Source: Octopus bimaculoides (taxonomy: Eukaryota). Taken from it: a DNA stretch of 64,000 nucleotides. Where the stretch lies: NCBI RefSeq assembly GCF_001194135.2, contig NC_069004.1, positions 27,853,347 to 27,917,346 on the forward strand, given 5' to 3'. Below are positions 1-13,266 of this stretch, one piece after another. The number at the start of each line of letters is the position of its first letter. Within the stretch, counting starts at the first letter, position 1. A model generated the notes under the pieces. That model saw only the letters and a program-made list of their open reading frames with translations, was not told the origin of the DNA and made no database searches. A program made the position numbers and the translations under genes.

Positions 1-4
1 TTTT

Positions 5-7
<3 letters not shown>

Positions 8-47
<40 letters not shown>

Positions 48-157
48 GTTCGGCATATTATCCTCCATTTTATATATATATATATATATTATATAGATTA
101 TATGTTGTGTGTGTATATATATATATATGTATGTATTTCTTTGCATGTTTCTCTATA

Positions 158-188
<31 letters not shown>

Positions 189-989
189 TTATATGATAAA
201 AAGAGAAATTATAAAATGCAAAAAGGAAAATAAAATGAACTTCAATAGATTCCTACATCATTGCTAGCTCTGTTTCTGCTCTATTAACCTCCACTGTCGC
301 AATTCTCCGATTCTCGTTGTTTTATAGCTAAATATATTGATCTTTCCATTTTTTTCACTGTTTCTAGCACCTGTCTCTAATGAAAATAAAATAAAACACA
401 CACACATGCACACACACATTAGAAATAACATTTACACTTTCAATATTTCATCAACTTCTCTTATTCAAAGCCATTGGAGCAGATTGAAGTTCTGAAATCT
501 GTCTAAAAAGCTGAAATCGTTTTTTTCTTCTAGGGTGGATATTCTAATGCATTACTTCTGCTGAACATAATAGCTGATCATATACCAAGTGTTCCCAGTG
601 AACCATTTTGTTGTTGGACATTATATCAAAGCATCTGTTTTGTTTTATTTTATTTTATTTTATATTATTTTCTATTTCTATTATATTTTTGAAATTTATA
701 TTTATTACACACAATCTAATTATTCAGTAATTACATAGATGGAGGGAAGTGGATGATAAAAATAAGAATGTGTGTGTGTATGTGTGTGTGTGTGTATACA
801 CATACATGCACATTCATGACATACACATACATATATATATATGTATGTGTATTTATAAATGTGTGTGTATGTATGAATGTGTATGTGTGTATGTATGAAT
901 GTGTATGTATGTGTGTGTATATCTATATGTGTACATGCATATATGTGTATGTGCATATGTATATAGGTGCATATGTATGTATATATATG

Positions 990-1026
<37 letters not shown>

Positions 1027-1549
1027 NNNNNNNNNNNNNNNNNNNNNNNNNNNNNNNNNNNNNNNNNNNNNNNNNNNNNNNNNNNNNNNNNNNNNNNNNN
1101 NNNNNNNNNNNNNNNNNNNNNNNNNNNNNNNNNNNNNNNNNNNNNNNNNNNNNNNNNNNNNNNNNNNNNNNNNNNNNNNNNNNNNNNNNNNNNNNNNNNN
1201 NNNNNNNNNNNNNNNNNNNNNNNNNNNNNNNNNNNNNNNNNNNNNNNNNNNNNNNNNNNNNNNNNNNNNNNNNNNNNNNNNNNNNNNNNNNNNNNNNNNN
1301 NNNNNNNNNNNNNNNNNNNNNNNNNNNNNNNNNNNNNNNNNNNNNNNNNNNNNNNNNNNNNNNNNNNNNNNNNNNNNNNNNNNNNNNNNNNNNNNNNNNN
1401 NNNNNNNNNNNNNNNNNNNNNNNNNNNNNNNNNNNNNNNNNNNNNNNNNNNNNNNNNNNNNNNNNNNNNNNNNNNNNNNNNNNNNNNNNNNNNNNNNNNN
1501 NNNNNNNNNNNNNNNNNNNNNNNNNNNNNNNNNNNNNNNNNNNNNNNNN

Positions 1550-1588
<39 letters not shown>

Positions 1589-1869
1589 GTTTATATATAT
1601 ATATATATATGTATATACATATATATGTATATGTGTTTATATATTGTGTGTGTATATATGTATTTGTGTGTGTGTATGTGTGTATATATACGTGTGTGTG
1701 TGTATATTTGTATGTGTATATATATATATATATATACATATATATGTGTGTGTGTGTGTATGTATGTGTATATATCTGTGTGTATATATATGTGTATATT
1801 TGAAAGTATAATATATTTTTCAAATATATTAAACTGTACCAAGAACCTTTTTTATTATTCTACTATATA

Positions 1870-1912
<43 letters not shown>

Positions 1913-1939
1913 CTGTGGGTATATATATATATGGGTATA

Positions 1940-1988
<49 letters not shown>

Positions 1989-2130
1989 GTGTGTGTGTGT
2001 GCATGTGGGTATATATATATATATATGTATATGTATGTATGTATGTATGTATGTATATATGAATATATGGTTCTATCTATGAATGTGTATATATATATAT
2101 GTAGATACATAGAGATATATATATATACAC
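8..2130. repeat. Compound (TA)n/(TG)n microsatellite region interrupted by an N-gap
   Basis: Alternating purine-pyrimidine tracts at 1-200 and 770-2130, with the gap at 1027-1549; these produce the YIYI/CVCV pseudo-ORFs. Confidence 0.9.
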
Positions 2131-3059
2131 GCGCGCGCATGACTTCATCAGCAAATGATAACCCTCACTTATATAATGTATGAACGTGTCTGTATATATG
2201 TGCGTGTGTGTAATATTATGCTGTGTTATGTATATATGTAGGCCATCTCAAACGGTCTAGCCATATCAACAAATATGTTGAATAAAGAGTTGTAACATTT
2301 GCCGCCTTCTCTTTGAGACTTTCCATTCTGTGTTAGCTGAGGTAGGCACCGATGCTTTCTGAACCATTAGCCTCTGTAGAATAATAATAACTTCGTTTAT
2401 GGATACAGGAGTGATGATGAAAGTTTAAATCTGACCTCTAAGGTGCTGAACCAGGATTAATATTAAAAATATCCTGTCAACCATTTTTATATCAGCATTC
2501 CAAGTTCCAGGCAATTAAGACAGTTTAACTGCTTTCTCCTTCTGTCCTCTCTCTCTCTCTCTCTCATTTAATATTAGCTTCTCAATCTTATTAAATCAGA
2601 ATTTTTTTTTTTTTTATGCTTGTTTGTATAAACATGATTACATCACCAGTGACCAGTTATTTAAACAGTTCAGTAAGAGAGCTAGCTGTCTTGATAATTT
2701 ATTTCTTATTGATGCCAAGATATTTCTTACTCTTGATAAATTTGCTTGTAAGTTCTCAAAATAATGACTGGTATTTATTCAGAAGCTTAAGAAGAAAGGA
2801 AATTTGAAAACCAGTTTAACCACAGGTCAACACTGACAGAAAACCGACCCATGACAAAAGGCATTACAGCTATGATCATACTGGGTTGTTTACTTTTGTT
2901 TGTTTATTTTATTTACTTTGTATATCAAGGACTGCATTGTTCCATATATGTTTCTCTAATTAAAGCAGTAGGTTTTGATTTGAGGGACTTTTTGACTTCT
3001 GTTTCTAGCAGCTCAACAGACTCAAAGTCATGACTGAAACTAGTAAAAATAAGAAGATA

Positions 3060-3165
3060 TTTTACCAAACTCCTAAAGCAAAAATCATGATGGTGGTGCC
3101 CCAGTATGGCCACAGCTCATGAGCTGAAAATAGATAAAATGAAAATGAAAAATAAAATGAAATAC
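3060..3165 (+). mobile_element. CR1-like LINE 3' tail fragment
   Basis: GGTGGTGCCCCAGTATGGCCACAGCTCATGAGCTGAAAATAGATAAAATGAAAATG matches the tail after the CR1-like ORF2 remnant (9539-9595) and the SINE-B tail. Confidence 0.55.
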
Positions 3166-4005
3166 ATTAGAAATTAATTCGATAACATCGACCATGTATT
3201 CATTAGAAATATAGTAAAGAAAGGGTTAAGATAAGAACAACATCCTGAATAATGAAGACCAATATCTTAAAAAACATAAAATAGACAGCATGATTGCCAC
3301 CCTGATGGCATTTGATCATAGATCTATCTGATCGATCAGGGCTGATCTTTTGCTAAACAACATCTCGGTTAAATGAAGTGAGTGTTGAATGATAGTTAAG
3401 TGAAAATTATACACTCGCTTGCTATAAATTGAACTTTCTCTTTCATATCCTCTCTCATTTCATTCTGTTGTCTTATGTATCTCGCTGGTCTTTCATCCTC
3501 CTCTCCCTTATCCTCTCTCTCTCTTTCTCTCTTGCAGTGACTGTTTTATGTCTTGGGCACCCACCCACCCCATGCTCCGAGTTGTTCCATCATAAATTCC
3601 CTGATTGCTTATTGAAAGTCCTTCGTCTGCTGCTTGAGACTCCCAAACAATTGTGTGTATTTTGTCCCCCATCTGATCAAGTCTATTAAATGCATTGATC
3701 TTTTCTCCTCTTGCTCCTCCTCCTCCATCTTCTTCTTCCTCTCTCTCTCTCTCACTCTTTCTCCCTCTGTCACTCAATTCCTAATTTCCTGAGTGTTGGC
3801 AATAAAATAAACTTCCTACCAACAAATAAGCCATTTGTTCCAGTCTAGGAACAAATAGAAACAGGGTTAAGTGTGAGAAGACAATAACTAATAGAAAATA
3901 TTGGTAGTTTCATCACATTATACCTAATTTCCTTCTTGGTAGCGATGTTGGCAGTACACACACACACACACGTGTGAGTATGTAGATGTACTTTTAATGT
4001 ATATG

Positions 4006-4045
<40 letters not shown>

Positions 4046-4185
4046 NNNNNNNNNNNNNNNNNNNNNNNNNNNNNNNNNNNNNNNNNNNNNNNNNNNNNNN
4101 NNNNNNNNNNNNNNNNNNNNNNNNNNNNNNNNNNNNNNNNNNNNNNNNNNNNNNNNNNNNNNNNNNNNNNNNNNNNNNNNNNNNN

Positions 4186-4224
<39 letters not shown>

Positions 4225-5240
4225 TTCACACATACACTTGTGTGTTTCTTTAAAACTGAGAAACTAGCCATTGAAAAGAATTGTTTGTCTATTAAGTAGA
4301 ATGAAAATTTTGCATAGTTTTGTCTTGTTCCTAATGAGGTGTGTGTATATGTATGCACACACACACTCTCTCTCTCTCTCTCTCACATGCTCATATACAT
4401 GCACACACACACATACAGATTTGAGTGCACCATTCTGATTGTAGACGTTTTATTGTTGTCTTGTTTGCACCAACCTGACAGACAGACAGACAAGCACCCA
4501 TTCTCCTGCCTTTTCTCGATTATTTATATTTATTTATTTTCAAAAAGTCATTATAGTTTCTATCTACATTTTCTGTATAAACCTATTTCCTGAACAGTTC
4601 TGGAAATGACCTGAAGGAAATTACACCACCACCACCACCTTCATCACCACCTTCCTCGCCACCACTCTCACCACCTTCATTGCACCACCCTCACCACCAT
4701 CACCAATTCCTTCAATCTACTTGTATAAATTGATTTTTGACTTGTGATCCGAGATAAACATCTTTGTGCTCAACAGTATCGATTGATTCTTTGTTACTTT
4801 GATTTCACAGCTCCTCTCTGTTTAGCATTCAATGCATTTTATGTTCTTTCTTGTTCCATTCCCATCTCCTCTTTTTTGAAACAGTAGACCCCACAAACAT
4901 TATACAAAACTCTTGGTCCTCCTATCTATAAAATTGCAAATATTCTTGGGAAATTTAAGTCTTGTATTGATGCTCTTAAGAAAGAGGAAATGGTTAAATC
5001 TCCTTGGTCTCCGAGTTGTTAAATTCTTCATTTGATTATTCTATGCTGAGTGTTTCCTGACAGAAATAGTCAAGTTCTGAACTAAACTTGCAATATGTGG
5101 AATGATAGAATCGGTGGAGCATTGAACATTGGTAGAGCACTGAGCAAAATTTTTAATACAATTCTTCGGTTACATGTGTTTTATATTTTAAGACTTACAT
5201 CCTGCTAGGTGTCAATTTTACCTGTTGTTCCTTCTAGAGT

Positions 5241-5446
5241 CATCATCATCATCATTGTCATTCACTTTTCTATGCTTACATGAGCCAGACAAAATTTGTT
5301 AAGATAGCTTTTCCTACGGCTGGATGCTCTTCCTGTCACCAACCATCACCTGTTTCCAAGTAAGGTAATATATTCCATGGCCAGGCATGGAAGAAGATAA
5401 GGAACAGCCATCACTTGATGTCACAACAAGGGCACACATGCACATG

Positions 5447-5487
<41 letters not shown>

Positions 5488-5600
5488 GATGAACTTCTAT
5501 CTGTTTCTGCCTACCAAACCTACTGCCTACCAAATCTACTCACAAGGTTATGCCAGTGCCATAGTAGAAGACGCTTGCCCTAGGTGTGTCATAGAGTGGG
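5241..5600 (-). mobile_element. tRNA/CORE-type SINE with RTE-like (GAT)n tail (family B')
   Basis: Reverse-strand match to the SINE-B head (ATAGTAGAAGACGCTTGCCC on +), an internal (CA)n, GGATGCTCTTCCTGTCACCAACC and a terminal (CAT)n. Confidence 0.7.
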
Positions 5601-5978
5601 ACATTTTATCCGTGTCCATCATATCGTTTTGTATATCTTACTTCGTTGTTCTATGTATCTTATTTACACTTTGGAGGTGTAGGTTAGTATTTCTAGCACG
5701 CCGAAGATGTTAGAGGTTCCCTCGCCAGTGCATGAAATAATCATTGTTGTTTAACCATGGGCAGGCTCTAAATAGGCTCATGATTAAAAGGTTTTCAAAC
5801 ATGATCATCTCCCGCCATTTTTTAATTTCTCAGACAAACATGTATATAATACCATATAAAATATCCAATGTAATTTCAGTGTTTCCCTCTCTTTCTCTCT
5901 CTCTCCTCCTACACTTCCCTCAGGTTGGGTAACCATGTATCTCCTTTCAGCAGCACATATGTTTCTGTCTTCATTCCT

Positions 5979-6040
<62 letters not shown>

Positions 6041-6623
6041 NNNNNNNNNNNNNNNNNNNNNNNNNNNNNNNNNNNNNNNNNNNNNNNNNNNNNNNNNNNN
6101 NNNNNNNNNNNNNNNNNNNNNNNNNNNNNNNNNNNNNNNNNNNNNNNNNNNNNNNNNNNNNNNNNNNNNNNNNNNNNNNNNNNNNNNNNNNNNNNNNNNN
6201 NNNNNNNNNNNNNNNNNNNNNNNNNNNNNNNNNNNNNNNNNNNNNNNNNNNNNNNNNNNNNNNNNNNNNNNNNNNNNNNNNNNNNNNNNNNNNNNNNNNN
6301 NNNNNNNNNNNNNNNNNNNNNNNNNNNNNNNNNNNNNNNNTATAATATACAATATATAATATAAAATAAAATAAAATAAAAATGGATGGCACCATGAAAT
6401 AAAGTATTGAATGTAGATGAAATATTGAGTGTTCAATATAACGGATCAAATATATAAATATAAATATATATCTCCGGCTGAGTAACCTTGTACCTCCTCT
6501 ACAGCAAAACATCTGTTTTTGTCTCTCTACCTCACTGTAACACAAGATCACCTCCTCCAATGCCCCCTTCCCTCTCAAAAGAGTTCTTTTTTTTTTTGTC
6601 TTGCAAGTACTTGGTGACCCTGT

Positions 6624-6858
6624 CAGTGCAAGTACCACTCAAAAGCACCCAGTCCACATTGTAAAGTGACTGGCATTTCGAAGGGCATCCAGCTGTAAAA
6701 AACCTTGCCAAAACTGACCTCGACTGTGCTTGTGCCATGTAAAAAGCACTAAGTCCACTCTGCTGAGCGGTTGGTGTTAGGAAGGACATCCAGCCTGGCC
6801 GGCTCTTGTCAAACTGTCCCACCCATGCCAGCATGGAAGGCAGACAAACAATGATGAT
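6624..6858 (+). mobile_element. RTE-type LINE 3' end / derived SINE
   Basis: AAAAGCACCCAG...GAAGGGCATCCAGCTGTAAAA...CCCATGCCAGCATGGAA...GATGATG, the same tail as 51440-51620. Confidence 0.7.
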
Positions 6859-8645
6859 GTATATATATTATATGTCATCATCATCACAGTTTTAATATGC
6901 TCTTTTATATACATGCATAGGTCAAACAGAATTCACATATATATATGGGAAGACAGACAGCTTTTCTTTCAAACAAATGATATTGCCAGCTCAATTGCAT
7001 TCAAATTCAATATTTTTCTTTATCAAAGATTTTTCAGATTTCATTATTGGTTCCTTGAAAATACAGAACTGCCGGTTGATTTGTTGACAGGAGAATGTCA
7101 ACAAACATCACTGTCCATGACTTGGTGCATTTTTATGCAAAGTACACAATTGAAACATCACACACATGCATGTGACCTCCTCCTCTTTCTCTCTCACATA
7201 CGCATGCATGATGGGCTTCATATAATTTGTTTATCAATTTCAATTTCAGTGCATTACTTGACCTAGGGCTATAGAAGAAGACACTTGCTCAAGGTGCAGT
7301 GTGGTGGGAGTGAAGCTGAAAATTGTCTGGCTGTGAAGTGAACTCCATAAATCCATAACCAGATAGCCATGATTGCACCTCAGTGGATGTTACAATAGCT
7401 TAGCATGACTTTATAGATATGTGTGTGTGTGTGTAGCTGGCAGTATTTGCATACATTATGAGTGGATTTTAGAATGTGTGTATTAGACATTATGTGTGGG
7501 TGGATGTGTTTGTGTGTGTGCATTTGTGTATAAGTACATACACACTACACACACACATGCACTGGCATAGATCTGAGTCTGTTCACATGCAAGCAAGGTT
7601 TTCCTTTGTGCCAGTGGCAAGATATTGAAATAATAAGAATCAATGAAATAAATACCAATCCTNNNNNNNNNNNNNNNNNNNNNNNNNNNNNNNNNNNNNN
7701 NNNNNNNNNNNNNNNNNNNNNNNNNNNNNNNNNNNNNNNNNNNNNNNNNNNNNNNNNNNNNNNNNNNNNNNNNNNNNNNNNNNNNNNNNNNNNNNNNNNN
7801 NNNNNNNNNNNNNNNNNNNNNNNNNNNNNNNNNNNNNNNNNNNNNNNNNNNNNNNNNNNNNNNNNNNNNNNNNNNNNNNNNNNNNNNNNNNNNNNNNNAC
7901 TACTGTATTGCTATTGTAACAAATTGTTATTTCAAGGTTTCCACTTAGGAATAGTGTGTTACTGTTGTTGTTGTTGTTGTTGTTGTTACTGCTTTGTTTG
8001 TATATATATGTGTGTGTGTGTTGTGTGCGTAGTATACTCATAGTGTACATTCATGCAAGGTTTTGCATGTGCCAATGTCAAGATGTTCAAATAATAGGCT
8101 TTAGCAAGCTGCTAACTGTTGAAGTGGCTGACTTAACAAGAATGTACGAAATTGGTAAATAAAAGTGTCTGCATATAGCAGACACTTGCACGTCTTCAAA
8201 TGCACAGATGCATTCTAGAAGATTTGTGCAGCCGCAAGCTTACCTCTGTGCATACACATAAATAGACACTTATTCAATAAAGCAACATTTGCACAAACAT
8301 TCATGTGTGTACTCAGCACATGTAGCAATACCACACTCGTGCACTCACACATGCACACTCACTCACTCAGTCACAGTTGCGCACACATGATGCTCATAGA
8401 TGCTGTGAGTTATATTTTCCTCTATCAATATGTACATCTATCTTTCTATTTATCAATATATATATATCAATCTATTTATCTATCTATCTATCTATCTATC
8501 AATATGTTTATCTACCTGTCGATCTGTCTACCTATATGTATATCTATCTGTGGAATACAGGAAACCAGCCTTAGTGGTTGGGAAAGACCTATGGTCCTTT
8601 TTTTTTTGTAGGTATGTGTGTGTGAAATATATATATATATATTTC

Positions 8646-9595
8646 CACTGCATGGTGCCAAAGGTACCGTCCACTGCATCTCACATAAGAACGAGATACT
8701 GCAGCAGCCTTGGTTTCAGAGGACCTCAGCTCTTCAATGCCCTGCCAAAACATTTGAGAGACATGCAAGACATGGATGCGGAGGTCTTCAAGACAAAACT
8801 TGACGCTTTCCTCTCCACGATACCAGACGAACCAATGGCTCGTAATGAGACGCAGTTTAGGGCAGCTGTGTCAAATTCTCTTATACACCAGATGTGCCAT
8901 CAAAACTCTTGATTGGACCATGTCAGGTGGGGGAGAAGAGCCATGCAAGGAACGTNNNNNNNNNNNNNNNNNNNNNNNNNNNNNNNNNNNNNNNNNNNNN
9001 NNNNNNNNNNNNNNNNNNNNNNNNNNNNNNNNNNNNNNNNNNNNNNNNNNNNNNNNNNNNNNNNNNNNNNNNNNNNNNNNNNNNNNNNNNNNNNNNNNNN
9101 NNNNNNNNNNNNNNNNNNNNNNNNNNNNNNNNNNNNNNNNNNNNNNNNNNNNNNNNNNNNNNNNNNNNNNNNNNNNNNNNNNNNNNNNNNNNNNNNNNNN
9201 NNNNNNNNNNNNNNNNNNNNNNNNNNNNNNNNNNNNNNNNNNNNNNNNNNNNNNNNNNNNNNNNNNNNNNNNNNNNNNNNNNNNNNNNNNNNNNNNNNNN
9301 NNNNNNNNNNNNNNNNNNNNNNNNNNNNNNNNNNNNNNNNNNNNNNNNNNNNNNNNNNNNNNNNNNNNNNNNNNNNNNNNNNNNNNNNNNNNNNNNNNNN
9401 NNNNNNNNNNNNNNNNNNNNNNNNNNNNNNNNNNNNNNNNNNNNNNNNNNNNNNNNNNNNNNNNNNNNNNNNNNNNNNNNNNNNNNNNNNNNNNNNNNNN
9501 NNNNNNNNNNNNNNNNNNNNNNNNNNNNNNNNNNNNNNGTGTGGCCACAGTCTAACAACTGAAACATGTATAAGATAAAAGATAAAAAATAAAGA
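8646..9595 (+). mobile_element. 5'-truncated CR1-clade-like LINE: ORF2 C-terminus plus 3' UTR, split by the N-gap 8956-9538
   Basis: Translation HCMVPKVPSTASHIRTRYCSSLGFRGPQLFNALPKHLRDMQDMDAEVFKTKLDAFLSTIPDEP...SNSLIHQ has the GPxLFNxLP / FKxKLDxFLxxIPDEP pattern of invertebrate CR1-like RT ends. The tail resumes after the gap (GTGGCCACAGTCTAACAACTGAAACATGTATAAGATAAAAGATAAAA). Confidence 0.75.
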
Positions 9596-9617
9596 AATAT
9601 TGTTATATAATCTTTAA

Positions 9618-9920
9618 CCCATTACCTACCAGTGATCTCATATGAGATCACTTAAAAATTACAAATTTCGTAATTATCTGTCAATATTTACACATATCTA
9701 ACCTTTTTGCTATATCTACTAGGTATATTTCTCTGATATTCAAATGAGGTTTGCTAGTTTTTCACCCAATATCTCGCTTATATCTATTTAAAATGTTATT
9801 TTGAGATGTTATTCTGAAATGTTATTTTGATCATTCCAGCGTGTTTCTAAGGCTGTTTTATGCTAGAAATCAAAGTTTCATTAAAAAATTCCAGTTAATA
9901 GAATTATGGGAGGTAATGGG
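9618..9920. mobile_element. piggyBac-type MITE
   Basis: TTAA at 9614-9617 and 9921-9924; TIRs CCCATTACCTACC / GGGAGGTAATGGG (12/13 match); CCC...GGG ends. Confidence 0.85.
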
Positions 9921-10499
9921 TTAAAGAAGGAAGCAAGTTTCAAAGGACGCAAGGATCATGATTTCTTTGATTCCATTGGCTTCAGTCCAGTTAAGACCAA
10001 ACACTGGTAGGCTTAACATAATCATGAAGTACAATCAACATCATACAGTTGTGTGAGAGGTTCATCCAGTTTGATGGTCTTTCACGCAATGCCTGTCTGC
10101 TTAATACCAGTCATAAGACATTGGGTTGACCCACGTCTTTGTTAGAAGACACTTACCAGTTGTGTTGCTCAGTGTGATTGATCTCAGTGTCTCATGATTT
10201 CCATATATGAATTGTTTAACCACATCAACAAACATACGCTTTTAAATCCATGAATACATGTACTAGCATGTATCTATTTGCATAAACAAACTAACTTTCT
10301 GACATGCATCTGCATGTACACACACACACGCACACGTATATATGCACATATGCATCTTTGAAGTAACCTGCAGAGAGAGGTGGAATGCATTCAGTCATAC
10401 ACAGATGTAAGGACTATATTTCTCTGAATGAGAACCTGTTGCTACACATAAGCAAAAACCACATAGTGGCCAGCAAGCACACCACTCAATCAATACATT

Positions 10500-10547
<48 letters not shown>

Positions 10548-10881
10548 AACACACACACACACACATTTGCTACTAGTCAATAAGAAGCCAGTAACAAAGC
10601 CGGGTTAAAGTGGCTCAGTTTGCTAGACATAGCAGCTCATCCACCTCACGTTTCAGAACCCTTTGTGATGTTGTCAGAGAAAGGCAAGCAGTGACACTGG
10701 CCCTTTTCCTAGTCACCATGACTAGTTAGAGAAAGTTAGGCATCTATTCTCAGACTAGAGAATGCATACGGACATACATATGTACATACATACACACACA
10801 TACAGAGATCTCAAAAGTAAATAGATTCCTTTATTTATACACTTATATAATTTATAAATGGTATGTATTTGCTCTGAGAGA

Positions 10882-10919
<38 letters not shown>

Positions 10920-11161
10920 GGGGGGGGGAGAGAGAGAGAGAGAAACTGAGAAATCCTAAATTTCACTCCTAAGCTACTAGTGTAGTTCTGTGTGTGTGTG
11001 TGTTTGTGTAGTTTATAGACGAGAGACAGATATTCTCTATATAGAATACACTTGTTAGTGCTCCAGCGGTTTAAACTTGAGCAGGTAGAGTAGTAAATGT
11101 AAAGATAAGCAAGTTAGGCAAGTCAATATACAGAAGATATTAAATACATTTAACATTATAT

Positions 11162-11201
<40 letters not shown>

Positions 11202-12954
11202 CAAACTTTGACCAAAGGCCAGCAATTTCAGGGGAGAGGTTAAAGTCAACTACATCACCCCCAGTCTTTAACTGGTGCTTATTTTATTGACTTCAGCAGA
11301 ATTTGAACTCAGATCGTGAAAATGTACAAAAGTCCGCAAAACATTTTATCTGCCAGCTCACTCCTTATGTACATATGCATTATATGTATGTATATATATA
11401 TATATATTATGTATATATTTATACGTAATTATAGGTGTATGTGTGCATGTATGCTTACCTGAATAATCTTTTTGTTGCTATATTTTTGTTGCAAAATACC
11501 GTATTTGTTTCATTTAATTTTTAAGAAAATGAAAAATTCTGCCATTATTAAGTTTGCGTTTGGAAGATAAATTAACGTGGAATTTTGATGGAAGGCTTTA
11601 GTTTAGATCATTTTAAAACAATGCTTGTATCCTAGGACCAGGGGCAATGTTTCTTTGAATAGGTTAGTATCAAAAGTGACATAAACATACATTTATGTAT
11701 ATGTGTGTGTGTGTGAACTCTCTGGGTTATGTATCATCTGTATGTGAGATATACAAAGCCAGGGCAGGGAGTAAATCTCTCATTTACACATCAACAACCC
11801 AAACACTCAATCTGAAATGTTTGTTTTAAAACAATATTTAATATTTTCTAGAATAATTTCCAAACTCATAAATGAAAAACAAATTACAAAAACTTTTTTC
11901 TTTTTTTAAAAATTCCAATTCTTGAGATTTCACGAAGGTAAAACTTCATTTCCTGATTTGTTGGCAAACAGATATTTTAATATGGCTATATGTCAGAGAG
12001 AGAAAAAAAAAATACTTACTTAACAGTATGATAGCTGGTAATGTAATGCAATCAGGATATGACATGACTGTTGCAGACTTTTATGCTGGTATTTCTTTTT
12101 TCTCACAATCAACATATACATTGAAAAAATGCATTATATTAATTTAAAAGTCATACAAGTCTTGGTAGATATTCATTTTTTTCTCTTGCAAACCTGGTTT
12201 TACAAGAAATAAATAATCATTTGACTTGCCTTTTTATTATTTTTTTTTTATTTAAAAGTATTTTTTTCTTCATATTTTTCAGTAAATCAAGACAAATTGT
12301 GTAATATTTGAATATAGTATACAGCACGAATAATATACATTTGAGTATATAAACATACAGAAATGCATTCAATTAAGTAGATCTGTTTATTTAAAGTTGA
12401 GAATTTGTCCAATCTCTAGTAAAAGTTTCTTGTCATATATCATATTTTGGACAAAAAAAAAAGATGAACTTTTTGTTTTCAGAATGGTTTTATATGGTGA
12501 GAAACTGTTTAGCAATGGAGCAAATCAGCAACTTTGAGCAAATAACATGATTCCATACTGTAATGACTGTAATGCAGGTCTATCTATATATGTAACCAAA
12601 ATCTAAACAGCCTCTTTTTTTTTTTATCTGTATCACTGTAAAATGATAGAATGACAGGTATTCTAATAATATTTATTGTTAATTTCCAACACTATCTTTG
12701 CTCAAACACCACAGCTCCTTCTCTACTGATTCCATTCCTTATAATCAGCTACTTTTTTTATTTTCTATCGCCACCATTAAACCTAGATTCACTCCTTATT
12801 TACATCTTGTCTACCTGTCATTCCTGGGTCTGGTGATATTCGTTTAACAATTATATTTAAAACAAGTGAAGACAATAATAATTGCGGGCACAACTATACG
12901 AGTGGACATGGAGTTTCCTAACAAGCAGTTTAATGTAAAATTACATTTAAATTT

Positions 12955-13266
12955 GTGGAGGCGCAATGGCCCAGTGGTTAGGGCAGCGAACTCGCAGTCG
13001 GAGAATCATGGTTTCAATTCCCAAACCAGTCATTGGGAGTGTTTATTGAGCGAAAACACCGTAAAGCTCCATGAGGCTCCAGCAGGTGGGTGTGACCCCT
13101 GTTGTACTCTTTTGCCCAACTTTCTCTCACTCTTTCTTCTTATTTCTTGGGTAACACTGCGATGGACTGGCGTCCCGTCCAGCTGGGGGAACACATATGC
13201 CATAGAAACTGGGAAACCGGACCCATAAGCCTAGCTAGGCTTTAAAAGGGCGTATAAATAAATAAA
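12955..13266 (+). mobile_element. tRNA-derived SINE, head D plus V-domain-like tail
   Basis: A-box TGGCCCAGTGG, B-box-like GGTTTCAATTCCC, motif GCGATGGACTGGCGTCCCGTCCAG (13159-13182), (TAAA)n tail, and a 12 bp TSD ACATTTAAATTT at 12943-12954 / 13267-13278. Confidence 0.9.

Noticed and set aside
289-376. Minus-strand candidate exon RQVLETVKKMERSIYLAIKQRESENCDSG
   Set aside because: The donor (GTTAAT) is weak and there is no homology. It can be chained in phase with candidates at 34127-34170 and 13348-13448, but only by choosing frames after the fact.
720-2183. Long ORFs of 278-387 aa in the ORF track, and similar ones at 5805-6638, 8776-9578, 17899-18978 and 42314-44103
   Set aside because: They consist of N-gap X runs and dinucleotide or trinucleotide repeats and contain no coding signal.
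7080-7105. Perfect 10 bp hairpin TTTGTTGACA-GGAGAA-TGTCAACAAA
   Set aside because: It is isolated and AT-rich with no associated element; too short for a pre-miRNA.
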